DNA of 64,000 nucleotides from an uncultured Acidobacteriota bacterium (GCA_963801475.1 CAWDEX010000002.1:115873-179872); one strand, 5' to 3'; shown: positions 7,121 through 16,337, counted from the stretch's first letter. The notes: generated by a model from the letters alone, not told the origin. A program made the numbers and translations.

Positions 7121-9433
7121 GTGACCGACGCCCGGAGCCCCGGCGACGCCGGGTCGTCGCCCGGCGTGACGCCGGTCCTCCCGGTCCGTCTCTGCCTCGG
7201 GCTCGTCTCCTTCGCGCTCGCCGCCTACCAGATCGCCCTGACGCGGGTCTCGTCCGTCCTCGTCTACACGCAGACGACCTTTCTCGTCCTCTCCGTCTCG
7301 ATTGCCGCCATCGGCGTCGGTGCCGCCGCGGTTCACTGGTGGAGGGCGCGCCCGGGACGGTCGGTCACGCCCGCCCAGATCCGGCGCTTCGCCCTTCTGA
7401 CCGGCCTCTCGGCCGCGCTGGCCTGGGTGCTCGTGGTCCGGGCGAAGGTCGCTTTCGAAGCCGGCGTCTTCGCTCTCCCCTTCCTCTTCGCCGGTGCCTG
7501 CCTGGCGACCGCCTACGTCTGGATCGGCGGGCGCGCCTCGCTGACCTACGCTTTCGAGCTGGCGGGAGGGGCGGCCGGCGTGGCCACCGCGCTGCTCCTT
7601 CTCCCCGAGATCGGCGACGTCAACACCGGGCTCGTCGCGGCCAGCCTGGCCGGCCTCGCGGCGCTCCCGCTCTCCGCCGCCGGGTTCCGCGCGGTGCCCG
7701 GCCTCGTCGCAGCGGCGCCGGCGGCCCTGCTCCTCGTGAACCTGGCCGTCCCCGGCGGCGTCCTCGTCGTCGACCCGTACGCCGTCGTGACGTTCGAGCC
7801 GCACCTCGTCTGGCAGACGGGGCCGCACCACGGTCGCGTCACGGCCACGGCGTACGACGACTTCGCCCGCACCGATCTCGTGGAGACGGACGAGCCCTGG
7901 GTGAGGTACCTCTACACCGACCGGATGTACACCGCCCGCGTCGTCCGCTGGGACGGACGCTCGCCCCGCTTCGATGACCCCGAGCCCGAGCGGCTGGCGG
8001 CCTTGAAGGCCCTCCCGTTCCGCCGCGGCGCGCCGAAGAAGGTCCTGGTCCTCGGCGCCGGTGGCGGCTTCGACGTGGCGCTGGCCCTCCAGGGGGGTGC
8101 GACGGACGTGACGGCCGTCGAGATCAACCGCGCGACGATCCGCTTCACGCGCGGTCTGGCCGATTTCTCCGGCCGGATCTACGACCGGAGTGACGTCCGG
8201 GTCATCCGGGCGGACGCACGGCGCTTTCTCAGGGACTCCGCGGAGCGGTACGAACTGATCGAGCTGTCGCTCCTGCAGAACGACCCGTCGGAAGGGCGCA
8301 GCAACGTCGCCCGCCAGAACTGGGTCTTCACCGTCGAGGCGATGGAGGCCTACCTCGAGCATCTCGCTCCGGGCGGGGCCATCGCCGTCGTGCAGAACGG
8401 CGAGGAGCTGGCCGACAAGACCGTCGCGACGGCGCTCGAAGCCTTCCGGCGCCTCGGCCTCGCGGAGATGGCGGCGATGAGGGGGTTCCTGATCCTGACG
8501 TCGGGCGCCTCGGACGAGAACCCCTTCTCCGACCTCGTCCTGATCTGGAGAGAACCCGTGCCGTCCGGGCGCGTGTCACAGCTTCTTGCCGGCGCCGGAC
8601 CCGGAATCAAGGTGCGCTTCGCTCCCGGAGGGCCGGCGGCCGAGCCTTTCCGGAGCCTCGCATCCGGCGAGACGACGCTGGCCTCCTGGGTTGCACGGAG
8701 TGGAGCGGACCTGACCCCTGCGACGGACGAGTCGCCCTTCTTCTTCAACCTCGAGCGAAACGCGGGGTCGGGGTGGGTCCGGCTCGGCGAAGCCTGTCTC
8801 GTTTTCGTCGCCCTGCTCGCGGCCGCCGACACGCTTCGTCGGCGCGAGGGCGCCGGCCGCCTTCCCCTGCCGGGGTGGGGGGCGGGCGCCGCTCTCGGCC
8901 TCGGATTCATCTTCCTGCAGGCCGGGCTGATCCACCGCGCCCATTTCCTCCTCGGCAATCCGACGCTCGCGGTCGCGCTCGGCGTCGGCGGCATGTTCGT
9001 CTTCGGAAGCCTCGGTGCGCTCCTCGCCGTGCGGTTCCAGAGCCTCGCCGCCTCATGGCGGCTTGCCCTCCTCGCGGCGGCGACGGCCGCGGCCCTCGTC
9101 GAGTCGGCGAGTCGATGGGAGCGCGTCTCCGGCGCCTCCGCCGGCAAGGGAGACGCCGCCCTCCTCCTCGCGCTCGCCGGCCTCTTCGTGCTGCCCACGA
9201 TCGCCGCGGGCGCCTGCTTCCCCGCCGTGATCGAGCGCTGGGCCGGACCGAGACAGCGGGCGGCGGCGGCCGTCTACGCGGCGGACGGCCTCGCCTCGGT
9301 GGCGGGCGGGGCGCTCGCGGCGGTCGCGGCGCTCCATTTCGGCATCCGCAGCCTCTTCGTCGCCGCGATCACCTGCTACGTGCTCTGCGCCCTCCTCGCC
9401 CTCGTCCCGGGGCGCCGGCCCGTCACGCCCTGA
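7121..9433 (+). CDS. Polytopic membrane protein with an internal spermidine/spermine-synthase-like (aminopropyltransferase/MTase-fold) domain
   Basis: N- and C-terminal multi-TM regions. The central domain carries VLVLGAGGGFDVALAL...DVTAVEIN (Rossmann-like SAM/dcSAM site). Overlaps the previous stop by 1 nt. Confidence 0.55.
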   Translation: MTDARSPGDAGSSPGVTPVLPVRLCLGLVSFALAAYQIALTRVSSVLVYTQTTFLVLSVSIAAIGVGAAAVHWWRARPGRSVTPAQIRRFALLTGLSAALAWVLVVRAKVAFEAGVFALPFLFAGACLATAYVWIGGRASLTYAFELAGGAAGVATALLLLPEIGDVNTGLVAASLAGLAALPLSAAGFRAVPGLVAAAPAALLLVNLAVPGGVLVVDPYAVVTFEPHLVWQTGPHHGRVTATAYDDFARTDLVETDEPWVRYLYTDRMYTARVVRWDGRSPRFDDPEPERLAALKALPFRRGAPKKVLVLGAGGGFDVALALQGGATDVTAVEINRATIRFTRGLADFSGRIYDRSDVRVIRADARRFLRDSAERYELIELSLLQNDPSEGRSNVARQNWVFTVEAMEAYLEHLAPGGAIAVVQNGEELADKTVATALEAFRRLGLAEMAAMRGFLILTSGASDENPFSDLVLIWREPVPSGRVSQLLAGAGPGIKVRFAPGGPAAEPFRSLASGETTLASWVARSGADLTPATDESPFFFNLERNAGSGWVRLGEACLVFVALLAAADTLRRREGAGRLPLPGWGAGAALGLGFIFLQAGLIHRAHFLLGNPTLAVALGVGGMFVFGSLGALLAVRFQSLAASWRLALLAAATAAALVESASRWERVSGASAGKGDAALLLALAGLFVLPTIAAGACFPAVIERWAGPRQRAAAAVYAADGLASVAGGALAAVAALHFGIRSLFVAAITCYVLCALLALVPGRRPVTP

Positions 9434-10562
9434 CCACCCCGAGCCCCGGGCCCTTCGGCTCCTGCCACACTCCCTCCACGATCGCCAGGCCCTTGAAGGG
9501 ATCGTTCGAGATGAGGAGGTTCCCGTCGAGGTCGAGCCAGTCGTAGAGCGGCGCCACGGCGACGCCGGCCGCGATGCCGAGCGACGACTCGATCATGCAG
9601 CCGAGCATCAGCTTGAAGCCGAGAGCGCGCCCGAGGGCCGCCATCTCGTAGGCCCTCGTGATCCCCCCGCACTTGGCGAGCTTGACGTTGATTCCGTCGA
9701 AGAGCCCGGCGAGCGACGGGACGTCCCCCGGGTGGAGGACCGACTCGTCCGCGACGAGCGGGAGCGGCGACGCGGCCTTCACCGCCCCCATCGCCGCGTT
9801 CTTCGACGCGGGCATCGGCTGCTCCACGAACTCGATTCCCATCGTGGCGAGCCACTTGATCCGCGAGATCGCCTCCTCGGGCGTCTGCCATCCCTCGTTG
9901 GCGTCGACGCGGATCGGCTTGCCCGTCACCGCCCGGATGGCCCGGACGTTCTGCTCGTCGGTCGGGAGCCCGACCTTCACCTTCAGCGACGGGTACCTCT
10001 CTCCTTCCTTCACCTTCTGCTGCATGACCTCGGGACTGTCGATGCCGATCGTGAAGGTCGTCACCGCCATCCGGTTCGCCGGCACCCCGAGGAGGCGGTG
10101 AACGGGGACGCCGAGCTTCTTCCCCTTCCAGTCCCAGAGGGCCATGTCCAGCGCCGCCACGATCTGCGAATCGGCGCCCGCCTCCTTCTCGGCCCGCTCG
10201 AGCCAGGCGAGGTGCTCCCACGGCGCAAGCCCCTCGACGGCCTTCTTCACGCGGGCGAAGGCCGCCTCGCCCGAATCCCAGCTCTGGCCGTAACGGACGT
10301 TCGCCGCCGCCTCGCCCAGGCCGGTGACGCCGTCCGCCGTGAACGTGACGAGGCCGTTCTTCTTCTCGGTCGACGAGTTGCGGGAAATGGTCCAGGTGTG
10401 CGTCAGCTTCAGCTCGAGCGGCGAGAGAGAGAGGGCCGGCTTTCCGGCCGACGGCGCGGTCGCGGCGGCCTGCGAGGCGAGGGCGGCTTCGGGGAGAAAG
10501 GCCCCGGTCGCCAGCGCGGCGGAGCCCCGGAGGAGGGAGCGGCGGGAGAGGTCGCCCGGCAT
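9423..10562 (-). CDS. Enolase-superfamily dipeptide epimerase (L-Ala-D/L-Glu epimerase-like, MR/MLE family) with a twin-arginine (Tat) signal peptide
   Basis: N-terminus SRRSLLRGSAALATGAF...ALA. MR_MLE motifs KVKVG, VDANEGW, and a KxK/D/E/D metal-site pattern. The convergent 3' end overlaps gene 7121..9433 by 11 nt. Confidence 0.75.
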   Translation of the reverse strand: MPGDLSRRSLLRGSAALATGAFLPEAALASQAAATAPSAGKPALSLSPLELKLTHTWTISRNSSTEKKNGLVTFTADGVTGLGEAAANVRYGQSWDSGEAAFARVKKAVEGLAPWEHLAWLERAEKEAGADSQIVAALDMALWDWKGKKLGVPVHRLLGVPANRMAVTTFTIGIDSPEVMQQKVKEGERYPSLKVKVGLPTDEQNVRAIRAVTGKPIRVDANEGWQTPEEAISRIKWLATMGIEFVEQPMPASKNAAMGAVKAASPLPLVADESVLHPGDVPSLAGLFDGINVKLAKCGGITRAYEMAALGRALGFKLMLGCMIESSLGIAAGVAVAPLYDWLDLDGNLLISNDPFKGLAIVEGVWQEPKGPGLGVVRA

Positions 10563-10603
10563 GGGGCCATTATCGCCCGCGAGCAGGGTACGATTTCCGC
10601 ACC

Positions 10604-11461
10604 GTGACTTCCTCCCTGTCGCTCGAGGATCCGGAGAATCTCCGGCGCTTCGTCCGTTCGCTCCGCGAGGGGATCTACGTTTCGACGCCGGACGGGCGGG
10701 TCCTCGAAGGGAACCCGGCGTTCTTCCGGATGTTCGGGGTTTCCTCGCTCGAGGAGCTGGGGCGCGTGCCCGACGTCCTCGTGGACCCCGCCGCGCGCGA
10801 GCGCGAGCTCGAACTGCTGGCCCACGACGGGGTCGTGAGGGATTTCGAGTTCCAGATCCGGCGGAAGGACGGCGAGATCCGGACGGTCATCGACACCTGC
10901 TACGTCTGCGGCGACGCCGCCACCGGCGAGAAGTTCTTCCACGGCATCCTGATCGACATCACGGACCGCAAACGCCTCGAGGAGCAGCTGCGCGACCAGA
11001 TCCTCCGTGATCCGCTGACCGGCTCCTTCAACCGCCGTTTTCTCGCCCAGTTCGCGGCGGCGCACGATCCGATCGGCGGCACCTGGGGCTGCATCATGGT
11101 CGACGTGGACGGCTTCAAGCTCTACAACGACCGGTTCGGGCACGCCGCCGGCGACGCCGTCCTGACGAAGCTCTCGCGCTTCCTGATGCGCCAGACCCGG
11201 GCCGAGGAGGTCGTCGTCCGGATGGGCGGCGACGAGTTCCTCGTCATCCTTCCCGGCGCCGACGACACCGGGACGGAGAACGTCGTCGGCCGCCTGAAGA
11301 CCGAAGCCGAGGCGGAGCGGCTCGTTCCCTTCTCGATGGGCTGGGCCACCCGCGCGGAGCGAGAGCCCCTGGAGCGGACGATCATGCGGGCCGACCGGCG
11401 GATGATCAGCGTGAAGAACGAGACCTCCGGGACCGTCGGCCTCCCGCGCCGCCGGGACTGA
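10604..11461 (+). CDS. PAS-GGDEF diguanylate cyclase (intact GGDEF)
   Basis: PAS motif LREGIYVSTPDGRVLEGNPAFFRMFG. A-site RMGGDEFLVILPG. I-site-like RxxD. Paralog of 6259..7119. Confidence 0.8.
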   Translation: MTSSLSLEDPENLRRFVRSLREGIYVSTPDGRVLEGNPAFFRMFGVSSLEELGRVPDVLVDPAARERELELLAHDGVVRDFEFQIRRKDGEIRTVIDTCYVCGDAATGEKFFHGILIDITDRKRLEEQLRDQILRDPLTGSFNRRFLAQFAAAHDPIGGTWGCIMVDVDGFKLYNDRFGHAAGDAVLTKLSRFLMRQTRAEEVVVRMGGDEFLVILPGADDTGTENVVGRLKTEAEAERLVPFSMGWATRAEREPLERTIMRADRRMISVKNETSGTVGLPRRRD

Positions 11462-11498
11462 CCGGAGCGCGGACCGTCGGGCGAGGCAGAATCGTCCC

Positions 11499-13307
11499 AT
11501 GCGCCGCGCCCTCCGCGCCCTTCCGCTCGCCGCCTTCCTCGTCCCCCTTCGCCTCGCCGCCCTCCCGCCCGAGGCGCCGTCCGCCGCCGCGCTCTCACCC
11601 GCCGTCGTCACGGCCGCGATCGAGAACCTCTATGCCCGGCCCGACGAGACGGGTCCCGTCGACTCGCAGGCGATCCTCGGCGACCGGGTCGAGGTGCTGG
11701 AGCAGACCGCCGGCTTCGCGAGGGCCCGGACCGCGGACGGCAACATCGCATGGATTCCCGAGCGCTCGATCCTCCGACGCGATGTCCCTCCCGCCGCCGG
11801 CGCGAAGGTCGCTCGCGTCACGTCGAACTTCGCACACGTCTACTCGTCCCCCTCCTTCACCAGGACGCGTCCGCTCCTCACCGCCCCGGTCGGGGCCCGA
11901 TTGGCTTATTCGGGGTTCCTGGAAGCCAAGGAGGGCGATTCCTGTTCGTGGGTCCGCGTGGCCCTGCCCGACGGGCGCGACGGGTTCGTCGCCGCCCGCG
12001 ACGTGGCGCTCCTGCCCTTCGACGAGATTCCCCCGCTTCGGTCTCCCGACGCCTGGATCGCCTTCGGCAAGCGCTTCCTCGGCGCGCCGTACACGTGGGG
12101 CGGGACGACGCCCGCCGGATTCGACTGCTCGGGCCTGATCCAGCGGATCTTCTCGGAACATGGCGTGACGCTGAGGCGCAACAGCTACGAACAGGCGTTC
12201 CAGGATCCGCAGCTCGTCCCGGTCGCCGCCGAGACCCTTCGCCCCGGCGATCTCCTCTTCTTCGGGACGGAGGACAGGATCGATCACGAGGCGATGTGGC
12301 TGGGGGACGGGACGGTCCTCCAGGCCACACGCCACAACGTCCCGGGCGTGCAGATCACCCCCTTCGACAGCCCGTTCCTGAAGCCCGTCTTCCGGTACGC
12401 CCGGAGATTGAAGAGCTCTTCAAAGAAAAGTCCGGCGCCCGGCCTCACCCCGGCGAAGTCGCGCGGCCTCGAGGCCGTCCTTCGGGGGATCGCGGCTTCG
12501 AGCGGCGCCCGCTTCGGCATCGTCGTCAAGGACCTGACCACCGGCCAGTCCCTCTCCCTGAATCCGTCTCTCAGCATGCACGCCGCGAGCACCATGAAGA
12601 CGCCGGTGATGCTCGAGGTGCTTCGACGCGTGGATGAAGGATCCCTGAAGCTGTCGGACGAGCTGCTCGTGAAGAACGAGTTCCGGTCGGTCGTCGACGG
12701 GTCGACCTTCTCGATCGGGGCCGACGGCCTCGACCCCGAGGACGAAGGGCCCACGCTGGCGCTGCTCGGGAAGAGCGCATCGCTCGAGTTCCTCGTGAAG
12801 GAGATGATCGTCCGATCCTCGAACCTCGCGACGAACGTCGTCCTCTCGTTCGTCGGCCCGGAGGCCGTCCAGAGGTTCATGGACGCCCTCGGCGCTCCGA
12901 CGGTGAAGGTCCGCCGGTGCGTGGAGGACTCGAAGGCCTACGAGAAGGGGCTCAACAACGAGACAGACGCCGCCGGGATGGGCGCCGTCATGGAGGCGGC
13001 CGTGAGGTCGCCGAAGCTGTCGGCTGCTTCGAGAGCGAAGGCCTGGGAGATCCTGACGGGACAGGTGTTCAACGAGCAGATTCCGGCAGGGCTCCACCCG
13101 CAATCGGGGGCCGTCGTCGGCCACAAGACGGGGTCGATCTCCTCCGTGCAGCATGACGCGGCCGTGGTCCGCCTTCCCGACGGACGGGAATACGTCCTCG
13201 TCATCCTCGCGAACGACTTTGGCGCGAACGAGACCGGGCGGGGGCGCGTCGTCGAGGCGTCGCGGAAGATCTCCCGCGCGGTGTGGGAGGCGATGATCGC
13301 TCCCTGA
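11499..13307 (+). CDS. Secreted multidomain cell-wall hydrolase: 2x SH3b + NlpC/P60 (CHAP-like Cys peptidase) + C-terminal class A beta-lactamase-like domain
   Basis: Signal peptide present. NlpC/P60 motifs YTWGGTTPAGFDCSGLIQRIF ... H. C-domain motifs STMKT (SxxK), SSN, EKGLNNE (E166/N170-like omega loop) and HKTGS (KTG). Confidence 0.75.
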   Translation: MRRALRALPLAAFLVPLRLAALPPEAPSAAALSPAVVTAAIENLYARPDETGPVDSQAILGDRVEVLEQTAGFARARTADGNIAWIPERSILRRDVPPAAGAKVARVTSNFAHVYSSPSFTRTRPLLTAPVGARLAYSGFLEAKEGDSCSWVRVALPDGRDGFVAARDVALLPFDEIPPLRSPDAWIAFGKRFLGAPYTWGGTTPAGFDCSGLIQRIFSEHGVTLRRNSYEQAFQDPQLVPVAAETLRPGDLLFFGTEDRIDHEAMWLGDGTVLQATRHNVPGVQITPFDSPFLKPVFRYARRLKSSSKKSPAPGLTPAKSRGLEAVLRGIAASSGARFGIVVKDLTTGQSLSLNPSLSMHAASTMKTPVMLEVLRRVDEGSLKLSDELLVKNEFRSVVDGSTFSIGADGLDPEDEGPTLALLGKSASLEFLVKEMIVRSSNLATNVVLSFVGPEAVQRFMDALGAPTVKVRRCVEDSKAYEKGLNNETDAAGMGAVMEAAVRSPKLSAASRAKAWEILTGQVFNEQIPAGLHPQSGAVVGHKTGSISSVQHDAAVVRLPDGREYVLVILANDFGANETGRGRVVEASRKISRAVWEAMIAP

Positions 13308-13422
13308 CGCGGCGGCGCCCTCCCGGCCACGCGGCCGCTTCTCCCGCAGCGCCCGCCGGCCGGCGTCGGCGCGGGATCCAATTGAGATACAATCTCTGTA
13401 TCACCATTACGAGGGAGAATTC

Positions 13423-13899
13423 ATGAATCGAGTCGTCCGCTCCACACTGCTGCTCTGCGTCACCCTGGCCGCCTTCTCCGCCCTCGCCGCCGGACCGGCC
13501 GCGCCGAAGCACGGGCTCATGACGGTCGACGGCGCCTGGGTCAAGGCGATGCTCGCGAACGACGCCGCCGCATGCGCCGCCCTCTACGCGGACGACGCCG
13601 TTCTCGTCCTCCCCGGGTCCGGCGCCATCAAAGGAAGAAAGGCGATCGCGGACGCCTACGCGGGCTGGCTCAAGGACGTGAAGGTGACGGACGCCGCCGT
13701 CATGGACTCCCACTACCGCTCGGCCGGCCACGTCTCGGCGGGGTGGGGCGCCTGGAAGGTCACGACGGTGCCGAAGGCGGGCGGCTCGCCGAAGACGGAG
13801 ACCGGGACCTGGAGTGCGGTCGCCGTCGAAAAAGACGGGGCCTGGAAGTACGTCTCCGATCACGCCTCGGCCGACCCCCCGCCGCCCGCGACGAAGTAG
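13423..13899 (+). CDS. Secreted SnoaL-like / DUF4440 (NTF2-fold) protein
   Basis: Signal peptide. NTF2-like pattern (DAAACAALYADDAVLVLPG...KGRKAIADAY). Confidence 0.45.
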   Translation: MNRVVRSTLLLCVTLAAFSALAAGPAAPKHGLMTVDGAWVKAMLANDAAACAALYADDAVLVLPGSGAIKGRKAIADAYAGWLKDVKVTDAAVMDSHYRSAGHVSAGWGAWKVTTVPKAGGSPKTETGTWSAVAVEKDGAWKYVSDHASADPPPPATK

Positions 13900-13902
13900 C
13901 CG

Positions 13903-14475
13903 CTACTCGATCGTCCCGCCGCCCCGGGCCTGCTCGATCCGCGCGGACGCCTCGAGCTCCCAGTTGGCCGGCCCGCGCGTCTGCGAGGCGAGCTTCCCCT
14001 CGGGGCCGTAGAACATCGTCTCGAGGGGTCTCTTGCACCCGAGTTTTTCCGAGGTGTCTCCCGTCGGATCCACGTAAAACGTGTCGGGGGCGGGGGGAAC
14101 GAGCCGGGTTTCCGAGAGCCACCGGTCGAGTGTCGCGAAATCGGCCTTCCTCGCGATCAGGACCCAGTCGAGGCCGCGGTCGGCCTTCAGCGTCTCCTGC
14201 GTGTGGAAAAGGGCGGCCAGCTCCTCCGGGGCGCCGGGAACTCCCGGCGAGAAGAAGTGGATGATCAGGACCTTCCCCGGGCGGCCCACGAGATTCCGCT
14301 CGGAGCCGTCGCGGCGTCCGACCATCAGACGTCCCCCCGCGTCGAGGTTCAGCATCCCGTGGTCGTGATCGGGGTGGGAGGCGGGGACGAGGGAGGCCCA
14401 ATACGAGAAGGCGAACAGAAGGGCGGCGAGGAGGAACCCCCCGCCAAGGGCCAGGCGTCGCTGTTTCGGCGTCAT
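13903..14475 (-). CDS. Thioredoxin-fold (TlpA/redoxin-like) membrane-anchored protein lacking the CxxC motif
   Basis: N-terminal TM. The segment KVLIIHFFSPGVPGAPEEL sits where WCxxC is expected. Similarity is fold-level only. Confidence 0.35.
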   Translation of the reverse strand: MTPKQRRLALGGGFLLAALLFAFSYWASLVPASHPDHDHGMLNLDAGGRLMVGRRDGSERNLVGRPGKVLIIHFFSPGVPGAPEELAALFHTQETLKADRGLDWVLIARKADFATLDRWLSETRLVPPAPDTFYVDPTGDTSEKLGCKRPLETMFYGPEGKLASQTRGPANWELEASARIEQARGGGTIE

Positions 14476-14502
14476 CGGGGCGATTCTAAGCGGCGGAGCG
14501 CC

Positions 14503-15423
14503 TCAGTGCGGAGACGAGGGCGGAGGCGCCTCCTCCGGCCCGCCGACGACCGCCTCCGTCTCGACGCGGAAGCTCTTCGGCCTCCCGAACTCGAAGCGGA
14601 ATCCCGAGGCGATCCGGAAGAAGAGGATCGCTTTCCCGTTCACGTCGAGGTCGACGCGGCACGGAAACCACGAGCCCGGGCCGAGCCGGACGGCGCGGTA
14701 GACCATCCGGGCCTCCTTCACGTTCGCCGCAAGGCCCCCTCCGACCTTGAGATTCTTCGTCAGGTGCGCCTCGAGGGAGAGGATCTGGAGGTCGGAGGCG
14801 TCGATGACCACTCGCCCTGCCATCGAGGCGAAGGTCTTTTCCATGAGGGAGCGGACCGGGAGATTCGGCCGGGGGACGAAGTCGAGGACGTAGACGGGCC
14901 GCTCGTCGAGGATCTCCTCGGCCACGAAGCGGAGCTCGTACCGGCCGAGGATGTCCGAGAGGCGGTGGTTGTCGAACATCGGGTCGTCGTCGTCGTCCGA
15001 GGCCTTCGGGAGGGATGCGGCGCGCCGTGCGGCCCGCTCTTCGATCCGGCGGTGCCGCTTCGCGTCCTCCTCCGCGGCTTCGCGAATCTCGTCCGCCGTC
15101 GCCGGCCGCCCGTCCACCTCAACGAGGTCGCGCGACTCCGGGTGCCCCCCCTCCCCGGCGAGGACGTAGTAGAGGCGGCGGTGGATCTCCTTCGGACGCC
15201 CCTCCTTGTCGAACGTCGTCCGGACGTCGACGACGTCGTACGTCGAGCCCCCCCACCGTCTTTCCATGGCCCGCTGGTTCTTCGCGACGAGGCGGGCGAT
15301 CTCGTCCGGGTCGATCGGCGGCACGACCGGCGCGGCACACGCCGCCGCCGCCGCGAAGCCGAACGAGGCGGCGAGAAGCGTCCCCGCGAGGCGCCATGAA
15401 CGGTGCGGAGGGAGATCGCGCAC
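14503..15423 (-). CDS. Hypothetical secreted protein (signal peptide; acidic DDDDD linker)
   Basis: Clean ORF with an N-terminal signal. No recognisable motif. Confidence 0.4.
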   Translation of the reverse strand: MRDLPPHRSWRLAGTLLAASFGFAAAAACAAPVVPPIDPDEIARLVAKNQRAMERRWGGSTYDVVDVRTTFDKEGRPKEIHRRLYYVLAGEGGHPESRDLVEVDGRPATADEIREAAEEDAKRHRRIEERAARRAASLPKASDDDDDPMFDNHRLSDILGRYELRFVAEEILDERPVYVLDFVPRPNLPVRSLMEKTFASMAGRVVIDASDLQILSLEAHLTKNLKVGGGLAANVKEARMVYRAVRLGPGSWFPCRVDLDVNGKAILFFRIASGFRFEFGRPKSFRVETEAVVGGPEEAPPPSSPH

Positions 15424-15473
15424 CCGTTCACTATACGGCGCGAGGCGGATACGATCACCCGGAGGAGGCGCCG

Positions 15474-16337
15474 ATGCGGGTCGTCGTGACGGGCGGAACG
15501 GGATTCATCGGCCGGCGGCTCGTCGGAAGGCTCCGCGACGCGGGACACGACGCCGTCGTACCCCCGCGCGGCGTCATCACCGGCGTGGACGGCGCCGACG
15601 CCGTCGTCCACCTCGCGGGCGAGAACGTGGCCCAGCGGTGGACGTCCTCGGCGAAGGAGCGGATCGAGCGGAGCCGCGTGGACGGGACGCTGCGTCTCGT
15701 CGGGGCGATGGGAGGAGCGAAGAGGAAGCCTCCGGTCCTCGTCGCCGCCTCGGCGGTCGGCTACTACGGCGCCCGCGGCGACGAGGAGCTGGACGAGGAG
15801 ACCCCGCCGGGGAGCGACTTTCTCGCCCGGACCTGCGTGGCGTGGGAGGCGGCGGCTTCCGCGGCCGAGGCCTTCGGAATCCGGGTAGTCCGCCTTCGGA
15901 TCGGCGTCGTCCTCGCCGCCGACGGCGGCGCGCTCGCGAAGATGCTCCCGGCCTTCCGGGCCTTCGCGGGAGGTCCGGTCGGATCGGGGAGCCAGTGGAT
16001 GTCGTGGATCCATCGGGACGACCTCGTCGAGCTGTTCCTCTTCGCGCTGTCGAACGCCGCCGTCTCGGGCGCCCTCAACGCAACGGCACCGCGGCCTGTC
16101 CGGAACCGCGAGTTCGCCGCGTCCCTGGGACAGGCGATCCATCGCCCGGCCCTCGTGCCGGCCCCGGCAGCCGCCGTGAAGCTCCTCTTCGGCGAGATGG
16201 CGACGATGGTCCTCGACGGACAGCGCGCCGTGCCGAAACGGGCGCTCGGCTTCGGCTTCCGCTTCCGGTTCCCGGAGCTCTCCGTCGCGCTCGACGACGT
16301 ATTCGCCCGCCCCGGCGAAGCCCCTACTCCGGCGTGA
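15474..16337 (+). CDS. TIGR01777-family NAD-dependent epimerase/dehydratase (YfcH-like, C-terminal DUF1731)
   Basis: Starts at MRVVVTGGTGFIGRRL, which is M154 of ORF 15015..16337. Short-chain Rossmann fold. The C-terminal pattern is typical of YfcH. Confidence 0.8.
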   Translation: MRVVVTGGTGFIGRRLVGRLRDAGHDAVVPPRGVITGVDGADAVVHLAGENVAQRWTSSAKERIERSRVDGTLRLVGAMGGAKRKPPVLVAASAVGYYGARGDEELDEETPPGSDFLARTCVAWEAAASAAEAFGIRVVRLRIGVVLAADGGALAKMLPAFRAFAGGPVGSGSQWMSWIHRDDLVELFLFALSNAAVSGALNATAPRPVRNREFAASLGQAIHRPALVPAPAAAVKLLFGEMATMVLDGQRAVPKRALGFGFRFRFPELSVALDDVFARPGEAPTPA

